In this document: one piece after another, positions 52,091 to 64,000 of the stretch | How the letters are laid out: each line of letters starts with the position of its first letter | Numbering within the stretch: position 1 is the first letter of the stretch | Assembly: GCF_009914755.1 (NCBI RefSeq) | Contig: NC_060932.1 | Source of the DNA: the human T2T-CHM13v2.0 reference genome, Homo sapiens | DNA length: 64,000 bases | Direction: 5' to 3' (one strand) | Notes under the pieces: model-generated | Databases searched by the model: none | What the model was told of the DNA's origin: nothing | What the model saw: only the letters and a program-made list of their open reading frames with translations | Made by a program: the position numbers and the translations under genes

Positions 52091-53397
52091 TCAATGCAGT
52101 GATTATTAGAGGGGTAAGTCCATCGGGACAAATCAGGGGGCATTCCCACTGAGGCAGGACTTGAGATGAATCTCGGAAGCAGAAATGCTGAGCTTGTTGG
52201 GCTGGCCAGAGATAAGAAGGACATTGTGGGCGGGAGAAACAGCACCTACAGGGCTGAGATGGATGAAAGCTCAGTTCAGTCTGGGAACTGCAGAAACTCA
52301 GTTTGCCTGAGCAAACTGCAATGTGGCAAGTGGGAAATGAACCCAAGCTAAAAGAGGACAGCAGCTGGGTGTAAATTTTGTCCTGTAACCCATGGAGAGC
52401 CAAGAAGGATTTTGAGCCAGGGAGTGACATGATTGGATTTCATGATCAGATCATTCTAACTGCTTTGAGGAGGTTGTCTTGGAAGGAAAGCAAGAGTCTT
52501 TGGCAAGAAGATCAAGAGAAGAAAGATTGCTATTTCCAAAGCTCAAGTAGTGTATTTTTCATTGTTGTTGTTAAAGTTCAAAAGTCTTTATATTGAAAGT
52601 GGCACGTATGCTATGATCTCACACCTGTAATCCCTTCCCAGTTTATCTGCATGAGAAAAGCGCTTGGAATGGTGCATATCTAAAGGTGGTTTCTGCTCAA
52701 TGGGGATGTGGATTCTTGTGTCAGGTTGTTGGGGAGGCTTTAGGCTGTGGCTGCCAGCCCATCCCACTGACAGCCAACTTCATATGGATGCAGAGCTTTT
52801 TAACCATATCAAAGAAAAGGGTAGGAGCTTAAAATATGAAACTCCTGCTTTTGATATGCTTAAATTCTGGGTCTGATATCTTTTTGAAAGAATTAGGTTT
52901 TTAATTGAAATAGCACATGCATATATTTAACATCAAATGGGTAAGGCTTTTATGGAAAATCCAGATTCCCCTGCCCTTTTTCTGCCTGTCCTTAGCCCTG
53001 TTTCCCAGAGTGAATCAGGGACAGGTCAGTACCTCTAAAGAATAAGCTCATGTTGCTCCTTGTCTGTTGACTTAGACTTCTGGACCCTCAGCAATGTCCC
53101 GGGACTCACACTGGGGGAGGCAGGGAGACCAGCATGCCCCCTCTTGCCACTTGTACTTCCCATTTTCCCCCTGGCAAGGTGTGGAACATTTATACTCCCA
53201 CGCCCACACTTAAGACTCCTGTGCTTTATCTGCAAGGTTAATTCCAACAATTGATAAATGGATGAACAGTGTTTACATTAAGAGGCTTGTCAATGGCCTT
53301 CACTGCCCGTCGAAGCAGTCGGCTTTGATCACATGTCCTTTGTGTTCAGCTCTCTCTTTGCCCTCAGCTTTCTAATCGCCCTTTAAGGGGCTATCTG

Positions 53398-53680
<283 letters not shown>

Positions 53681-54321
53681 CTATCTGGCTTCATCCTAAG
53701 AGTAGTTGCATTTTAAACTCTCAGTCAGCTTCTTTTACTGTAAAATGGGAATAATAATTAACAGTCTAAATTCCTAAAGTGATTATGAAGGCTGAACAGG
53801 TGATGCCTGTTCCTCAGGCCCCTCCCTTGGGGCCCCTTCAGCCCCATGTGTCCCAGGCTAATCTCAAACTCCTGGGCTCAAGTGATCTGCCTACTTTGGC
53901 CTCCCGAAGTGTTGGGATTACAGACACGAGCCACCACTCCCAGCCAGGTTGCTATTAAATTTTACCTTTTTATCCAGGAGCGTGGGTCATCATTTCTTTC
54001 AAATAATGCTTCTATTTATGAGATTTTTCTTTGTAGAAAATGTGGGAAATGTTAAGAGTATAAGGAAGAAAATAAGTCGTGTTAACGCAATTGCTGCATT
54101 TTTCTTTTTTTCTTTGCATATTTCTTTTAAACTTGAGATCATGTAATGTCAACAAGTTTATTGGATTTTTCTCCTAATGTAGTATTAGTATTTCCATGTG
54201 TTGTAAAGAGCAAGCTTTTAGGTATCATTTTTAATGCAATATAATGTTGTAACATCCTATTGCAATGACAGCTTGTCTTTCTCCCAATTTTATCTGCACT
54301 ATTAGGTATTAAGAATATTTA

Positions 54322-54630
<309 letters not shown>

Positions 54631-55187
54631 GAACATTGTGTATTTTCCTCTTTTAAATAATGTTGAGATGAGTGTTTTGGTGTATATGTCTGTGCATGTG
54701 TGCACATATGTGTGCAGAAACCAATAGGATAGATTTCTGCAAGAATTATCAAGTCAAAGGTTCTAGACATTTTTAAGGCTCTCAATGCATGTTGTTCAGT
54801 TGTTTCCCCATTTGGTTACACCAAGTTACAGTCACAAAATTACACCAAATATTTTTTCCTCCATGGAGTTGCTTTCTCATGAAATTGGGTTTCTGAGGCC
54901 AGGAGGACTTGGGTCTTGTTGAGGTGAAGGGGATAATTCTTCAGCATTTGTCACTATTTTTCACTATCATTTTGAGTTTGATTTAAATAGCACAGTTTGC
55001 TGCGTGGAAAATGAGAGTAGCTTTGAAGGGGCACAGCTTTGAAGGGCACACAGTAGATGATGACATCTACTTCAGAACTCTGGCTGCTACGTGGGGTACG
55101 ACCATGTTGCATTTTCAGGATGCTTTAGTGGAAATCAAAAGCATGGGATGCGAATGCAAAACCAAAGGGCTTAGGTTCTGCATCTGA

Positions 55188-55739
<552 letters not shown>

Positions 55740-56459
55740 TAATAATAATAATAATAGTCCCTAATTCCTAAGGGGATTGGGAAGGTTGAACAAAGTGCTT
55801 CCGCTAGATTGCTTGACCTGGTGCCTAATCCTGGTGATTTCTCGTAAAAATCAGTTGTTCCCACTAGTGGAGTCCACCAGACCTGATGATTCCCCAGCGT
55901 TGAGTTCAGCCAACCTGCACTTTAGTTCTTCAGGCTGGTTGTATATGGCTGGCTAGATTCATCGTTTGGAATCTTCAGAGTCAGAAGGGACCCATCCAAG
56001 TTTGTCACTCAATGGATGACAAAGTAAGGCTCCAGATGGTGAGTGTCTATTTTGGAATTTCATAACTGTTTCCATTTGTGTGTAAAGGAGGATAACACAC
56101 ACAGACTTACATATACACACAAGCATATTTGCATAGGCTGGATTTGGAAGGGTGCACAAAGAAAATGGTCATAGTGGCTGTTGCTAAGAGGCCACCCGGG
56201 AGCTTTCTGGGGCCAGGAGAGAAACTTAGCCTTGACTGTATGACTTTTTTACAGTCCTGTTGGAAAATTTTACCATGTGTATCTTTTAGTTCTTCAATTA
56301 ATAAGCAACGAGTTCTTAAAATTCACCAGGTAGTAAAAGATCTTTGAAAGCCAATCCTGCTTCTTAATGCAAGGAAAGAATCCCTGGGAGTATGCAAAAT
56401 CTCTGTTGGTTTTGTAGCTGTCTATCTGAACTCACGTGCCCTGGATCCTGGCCACAGGG

Positions 56460-56792
<333 letters not shown>

Positions 56793-58465
56793 AGCCCCAG
56801 GGCTTTCTAACACTCACATGGACTGTCTGCTGTCTCTTGCTGGCCTCCCAGTCTGTCTCCAGAATATGTTAGACTGAGTCCTAGACACTTAGCCTCTGGT
56901 CCCCTGGCAGCCAACTGCTCCTCTGGTTCACCCCCTGGGGCTCCCTGTATAGGGGAGCCATCAGCCTGACTGAGCAGCCCTGAGGCTGGAGTTTTTGGCT
57001 TCCTCCTAACCAGCCCCCTTCACGGTCCAGGAGCCTCCCAGCACAGAAGGGAGAATCTTTGCAGCTTGTTCCTTATCCTCCTTTGAACCAAGGCCTGTTC
57101 CAAGAACTCCAGGGCCTCTCTGCTTGCACGTCAGGGTTGAGCTGCTCCCCCAGGCCCCATGCACGGAGTTGGCAGCTCCCTGGAAAAATTTCCTTCCCCC
57201 TTTCTTTCTGGCAAATACGATGGATTCCCTGCATGGCCCCAGACCATGAGTCTTGAGTTGAGTTCTGCAGGAGCATCTTTCTGGGTGGCTTCAGCAGGGG
57301 CAGGGGTGGAAAGCCTGAAGTCCTCCTCTGTCCTGAAAGCCTTTGATCTTCATTCTGGCCCGAAGCCCCTGTGCCGTATTTCCCTCAGCACCGTTGTAAC
57401 ATCTGGTGAGCCAGGCTGTTAGGGCCAAGTGCCTGCTCTTTGGAGGGCATCTAGTTCAATGTGAGCATTTTTTTCTACCCAGCGACCAATTCTGGAAACA
57501 TCAAAGTGTTTATGAGCCTACTTTTCGTTTCTCCATTCAAAATGAAAATAGCTTTATTGATCCCATGGTGAGGGGTGGGCAGGGTGTGTATCTTCTTGCT
57601 GCTGGGATGTTCTACTTTGTTGGACAGAAGGCTATGTGCTTTCTGGCAGGTTACACCTGGGTACATTTCAGTCAAGCCGAGCTGGCTCTCTCCTCATTTC
57701 ATTCTCAAAGTAGATCTCTTGCTAAGGGCTTCTTACTGAGTGTCTAGTTCCTTGTTGTACAGGTGAGGGAAACTGAGGCCCAGAGTGGATGTGACGTTTC
57801 CGAAGGAGAGGCTCTGTAAAGTTCTGAGTAGGTGAGACTTATTATTAGCTGCAAATAACAACAACAATAATTAGAAGAAGAAGCATCTTCTGCCCTAAAT
57901 CATGGGGCTTTTATTTTTCAGCTGGATGGTGAAGCTTAGTGGCCTCTCCTTTTCTCTTCTTGGAAGCACAAGCCCTGTGTTGTTTATATTTCTCTTTGGC
58001 CAGAGATGTATTTTGAAATTTAAATGATAAAGCAAACAAGTCCTGTTTTCACTGACGCTTTAGAAAACTTGCATGAAACCTCTTCACGGTGGTTTTGGGA
58101 GCCAAGCGAGGCCAGGTTTTTCTATAAACGTGGGGAGAGGGATGTTGAGGACAGTCCATCCTCAGAGAGTGAATGATTGCATTCATCTTGATTAAACTCA
58201 GTGAATCCGTGAAAGGATGGTGCAGGTCCGCCCCCCCAGACTCATCCTTCCATGTGTGTCCTCGTGGCCAATTTGTCTTTGCACGGGATGGAAAGCTGAC
58301 GAGATGGACTATTTTTTTCCCCTTAAAAATAATTACATGCCAGATGCTCGTTCCAAGTTCTGTGCCTCCACCAGTTAAAGATTTTTGGATCTTTTGCTGA
58401 GAATGCTTGTTCAGAGGTAAACTTGTTAGCATCTGAGACAAGCATAATAATAATGATTCAGGTCA

Positions 58466-58785
<320 letters not shown>

Positions 58786-59249
58786 ATGCATATTGCATAA
58801 AATAAAACCTTATATATATTCACACACATGTGTATATATGAGATGGGGTGGTCCTGTACATGACAGCTATGGTTTTAAGGCCCCAGTGCCTTTAAGTTTG
58901 TTCTTGAAATGGTTGGTAGCCAGTTCTTCTCTCCTTGGCTTCCCAGAAATCCTTTCCAACCCAAGAGCGTCAGAGGTACTTTAAGTAAGCAAGACTTTCA
59001 GGTGTTGCTTCTCTGGCCTCCCTCTTTCACATCTATTCTATAAAAAGAGGGTGGCTGCTCAGCCCAATGTAAAGAAAGCGCTTTCTGAAGTTGAATGAGT
59101 TTTACATTTCAGCTCTGCCAGTGTGGCAGTATGAACTTGAGAAAGAGACATCCCCTCTCTGACACTTAATTTCCCATCTGTAAAGTGAGATCCACAATTT
59201 TACCTTTGCGGGTTGGCACATGGACTGGAGACAATATTGGTAAGATGCT

Positions 59250-59672
59250 GTGTTCATTTCCTAGGGCTCACATTACAAATTAGCAATGGGCTCCTTTCAA
59301 CAACAGATATTTATTCTCTTGCAGTTCTGGAGGCTAGAAATCCAAATTCAGGGTGTCAGGAGGGCCATGCTCCACATGAAGGCTCCGAAAAATAATCTCT
59401 TCTTGCCTCCTCTTGGTTTTGGTGGTTGCTGGCAATCTCTGGCTTGTGGCTGCAGCAATCTGCCTCCATCTTTACATAGCCTTCTTCCCTCTGTGTGTCT
59501 CTGAATTCTCTCTTCTTGTAATAATGCCAGTCATTAGATCCAGGGCCCACCCTGATCCAGCAGAACCTCTTCTTTACTTAACTAATTACCTGCAAAGACC
59601 CTATTTCCAAATAAGGCTACATTCTGAGGTTCTGAATAGACATGAATTCTTGGGAGCAATCAACCCAGTACA
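59250..59672 (-). mobile_element. MLT1(A-C) MaLR solo LTR
   Basis: tttcctagggct...caacagatatttattctc...cagttctggaggctagaa...gcaaagaccctatttccaaataagg...caacccagtaca. Confidence 0.8.
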
Positions 59673-60099
59673 GATGTCTGGCATTTTATTGCAGACAACA
59701 TCTGGGCAGATGACAGCATCTGGTATTTTTATGATTGTCACTTACCAGAGGTATGGATAGACATTTCTTGAAGAAGATAGGAGCAAGCCTGATTATTTGA
59801 GGAACACGAGGGCCAGATAGCAGAAGTGGAGGGAGAGGTGTGGTTGGCTTGGCAGGTGGAGAGGGTCAGGGATGGAAGCAAGGAGCTTGCTATGTGGGGG
59901 TGTGGGAGTGGGGTTGGGGAAACCATATTGCTTTATTTCAGGAGAGAGTGATGTGGCCTGTGTCTTGGTGGTAGCAAAGAAAGCGGAGAGAAAAACGTAG
60001 ATTTTACATTTATCTGGGCAATTGTGCCAATAGGACTTGCACACGGATTGGATATGGAGGTGAGAAAATAAGGGAATCAAGAATGACTCCTACGAGTCA

Positions 60100-60539
60100 G
60101 GCTGGGTGGTTCATGCCTACTATAGTCCTAGCACGTTGCGGGGCTGTGATGGTTAATACTGAGTGTCAACTTGATTGGATTGAAGGATGCAAAGTGTTGT
60201 TTCCAGGTGTGTCTGTGAGGGTGTTGCCAAAGGAGATTAACATTTGAGTCAGTGGGCTGGGGAAGGCAGACCCACCCTTAAGCTGGTGGGCACAATCTAA
60301 TCAGCTGCCAGTGAATATAAAGCAGGCAGAAAAACATGAAAATGCAAGACTGGCCTAGCCTCTTAGCCTACATCTTTCTCCCATACTGGATGCTTCCTGC
60401 CCTCAGACATCGGACTCCAAGTTCTTCAGTTTTGAGGCTTGGACTGGCTCTCCTTGCCCCTCAAACTTGCAGACAGACTATTGTGGGACCTTGTGATCGT
60501 ATAAGTTAATACTTAATAAACTCCTCTTTATATACATAC

Positions 60540-60570
<31 letters not shown>

Positions 60571-60633
60571 GATAAAACTCCTCTTTATATACATACGTGT
60601 GTGTGTGTATGTATATATCTATATCTATATCTA

Positions 60634-60666
<33 letters not shown>

Positions 60667-60805
60667 CTCCTATTAGTTCTGTCCCTCCAGGGAACCCTGA
60701 CTAATACAGAGGCTGAGGCAGGAGGGCCGTTTGAGGTCAGGAGTTCAAGACCAGTCTGGACAACTTAGAGAGACCTTGTCTCTACAAAAAATTAAAAAAA
60801 AAAAA
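60100..60805 (+). mobile_element. FLAM/Alu monomer split by an LTR insertion
   Basis: 5' part 60100-60144, 3' part 60709-60805; outer duplication aagaatgactccta. Confidence 0.8.
60145..60708 (+). mobile_element. MLT2A (HERV-L) solo LTR
   Basis: Starts TGTGATGGTTAATACTGAGTGTCAACTTGATTGGATTGAAGG, ends CCCTGACTAATACA; 5-bp duplication ggggc/gaggc. Confidence 0.9.
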
Positions 60806-62020
60806 GAATGACTCCTAGGTTTTTGGCATCAGCAACCTGGCAGATGCTGGTGTCTTCAATGGACACGGGGAAGATGGGCAGTAGATTGTGGGCGCAGAGA
60901 GTTCTGTGCAGGCATGTTAAATTGCAGATGCCCATTAATGGCCACAGGAGATGCCAACTAGGTACTTGGCAAAGTGAGTCTGGGAATTGAGACCATCATG
61001 GTAGGAGATAGCATTTGGAAGATTTTGGCAGAGGTGGGATCCAAATCCATGGGAGTGGAGTATAGATAGAAAAGTGGACATAGGACTAGACATGGCCACT
61101 AGTGGTAGGGGTAGAAGTTGGGGAGCTGGAAAAGGTGATTACAAGGAGCCACTGGTGAGGCAGAAAAACATGCCGGGAGCCTAGAGAAGGAAGACCTTCT
61201 TAAGGAAGGAGGAGAGTCATCACTTGCAATGTTGCTAAGAGGTCGGGTAGAATGAGTCACACAGAAGTGACTGTTAGATTTGGCATCAAGGAGGTTGTTG
61301 ACTAACTTGGCAAGAGCGCCTCATGGGAGCAATCAAGAGGAAGCCAGTGACCAATGAAGGTGACTGCTCTTGCGTTCTGCTCTCTCTTCATTGCCTTTTG
61401 CTCTTTGCTTAGGCAAATCAGTGTCTTCAGTAGGTTCCTTGAAGGCTAATGTCACCATTAGTATTTACCTACCCATTAGCTCATTTGATTCTCAAAACAA
61501 CATCTTTGCAGAAAAGGCTGGGCAGGGCAGGCAGGTATTATTCCCATTTTACAGATGAGAAAGCCACAACTTAAAAACGTCAAGTGTTTTTTTTTCAGGC
61601 TGTTTCTTAAAAGTAAGAGTTATGTGTCAGGCACCCCTCCTCCACCCCCATCTCGGCATACATCCCAGTGTTTTGTGGTTTGCTACATTTCTTGGTTTTC
61701 TTAGCTAGATTATGAACCCAGTGAAGGGAGGATCTGAATGACATCTCTATATTCCCACGCAGAGATAGCAAATGCTTGCCACACTTGTTACTTTCTCTTG
61801 GGTACCCATGGCAGGCATCACTAGCTGATCATGACCTTCTCTTCCTTTGAGCCCAGACTCAGCTTAGAATTCTACCCAGCATTCCAGATAGCCTGTCAAC
61901 CTGCTGACAGATAAGGTATCATCAACAGGCATTTTTACTGTAGTACTTAATGTCATGCCTGGTTCAGCAAATGGTTTTGTGACTGATTTAGCAAATAAGC
62001 ATTCTCTGAAAACACAGTGA

Positions 62021-62436
<416 letters not shown>

Positions 62437-62957
62437 TTATCTGATATTCATGGAGTTATTTAATGAACAGTAGTATCTCTTACCATTCTGGAACAAAACA
62501 AGAAACCTTTGAGAGGAATCTCCCCCCACCTCCCCAGATATATAGGAGGGGACAGTGGGCAACACTATTATGGCTCCTTTCTTGTTGTCTTGGCCACTTG
62601 GGGCTCTGGTCTCAGCCTTTCTGGATTGCCATAATCTGTTGGGCCCTATGGAGCCAAAGGGAGTAAACAGAATAGTACTGTTCTGGGTTGTTGAGGGATT
62701 CGGTGAGATTCCCTAGGTAGGTTTTGGTCAACAAGCAGGCATTTCATAATCCTCTCTACCTCCTGCCCTGCCCTGGGGATTGTGAGGATTGTCTGCATTC
62801 CTCTGTGGAACTGGAATGTGGCTGCAGTGATGGTGTCTGCAGAGATGTTGAAGCTGCTCCTCTCTCCTGCCCTCTATCTTGGCCTCGCCCGGTCCTAGCC
62901 GGGGTAAGTGAACATCAATCCCATGGACAGAGTCTTCTCTGAAAACTGCTTTATGGA

Positions 62958-63232
62958 TTTTTTTTTTTTCCCAGACAGGGTCTTGCTCTGTCGCCCAGGC
63001 TGGAGTGCAGTGGCACAATCTCACTGCAACCTCAGCTTCCTGGGCTTAAGTAATCCTCCCACCTCAGCCACCCGAGTAGTTGGGACTACAGGTGCATGCT
63101 ATGATGCCCAGCTAATTTTTGTATCTTTAGTAGAGACAAGGTTTCACCATGTTGCCCAGGCTGGTCTTGAACTCCTGGACTCAAGCGATCTACCTGCCTC
63201 AGCCTCCCAAAGTGCTGGGATTACAAGCCTGC
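62958..63232 (-). mobile_element. AluJ-like
   Basis: Antisense dimer. Confidence 0.88.
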
Positions 63233-63348
63233 CTTATGGATCTTAATGTCTTGGCCCGAGGGCATTGGCTCTGCCTGGCTCCAGAGGGATATGAAGCCAT
63301 TCCTGGGGGACACCATTGTTTTCTAGTTAATATTATCAGTCCTGTAGT

Positions 63349-63510
63349 CCAGTGATTTTCAAATTTTAGTGTAGTCAGAATCACCAGAAGGGCTTGTTGA
63401 AACCCAGACAGCTGGACCCCTCCCTAGAGACTTAGGATGAGGCCTGAGAATTGGATCTAACAAGCTCACAGGTGACACTGAAGTTGACGACCTTGTATCT
63501 CACTTTAAGC
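63349..63510 (+). mobile_element. MER5A hAT-Charlie relic
   Basis: cagtgattttcaaatttt...cagaatcaccagaagggcttgtt...ggcctgagaatt...ctaacaagctc. Confidence 0.75.
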
Positions 63511-63653
63511 AAAGTCTTCCCATAGGAACCATTGTTCCTCCCTGCCCATAGGTAATATCTTCTACTTGGGCCCTCTGCTTCCACTGTGGCCTGCTTACAA
63601 CCTCACCTACACTTATTAACTAGCAGAGTTCACTGAGTCTGCTTAAAACCTTA

Positions 63654-64000
63654 AACTTCAAACTATACCACAAGGCTACAGTAACCAAAACAGCATGATA
63701 CTAGTACCAAAACAGAGATATAGACCAATGGAACAGAATGGAGGCCTCAGAAATAATACCACACATCTACAACCATCTGAACTTTGACAAACCTGACAAA
63801 AACAAGCAATGGGGAAAGAATTCCCTATTTAATAATGGTGTCAGGAAAACCGGCTAGCCATATGTAGAAAACTGAAACTGGACCCCTTCCTTATACCTTA
63901 TACAAAAATTAACTCAAGATGGATTAAAGGCTTAAACATAAGACCTAAAACCATAAAAACCCTAGATGAAAACCTAGGCAACACCATTCAGGACATAGGC
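63654..64000 (+). mobile_element. 5'-truncated L1PA, ORF2 region (continues past the window)
   Basis: aacttcaaactatac..caaggctacagtaaccaaaacagcat...gacaaaaacaagcaatggggaaag...aaaattaactcaagatggattaaag; contains in-frame stops. Confidence 0.92.

Overview
Human (or near-identical great-ape) genomic DNA that I recognise from memory as 8q24.21, the MYC-distal intergenic region plus the 5' end of the lncRNA PVT1. A CpG-island promoter (~23320-24350) contains PVT1 exon 1a (24022-24223). Downstream lie a p53 response element (25260-25279), exon 1b (25383-25497) and the MIR1204 hairpin (25451-25517), which straddles the exon 1b donor. The rest of the window is PVT1 intron 1. About 65 Alu pieces are mixed with L1, L2, MIR, MER DNA-transposon relics and LTRs (MLT1/MLT2/LTR16/MER67). 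No intact protein-coding gene is supported; the ORF track is L1 ORF2 debris, Alu reading frames, low-complexity sequence and GC-rich noise. The most unusual structures are two abutting AT-rich palindromes in intron 1 (46828-47079), a DUX4-motif-bearing MLT2A LTR nested inside an Alu monomer, an L2-like 41-bp minisatellite upstream of the promoter, and an AUG-initiated ORF that stays open through exon 1a. Gene and repeat identifications are from recalled sequences with no database search. Repeat subfamilies and boundaries are approximate.
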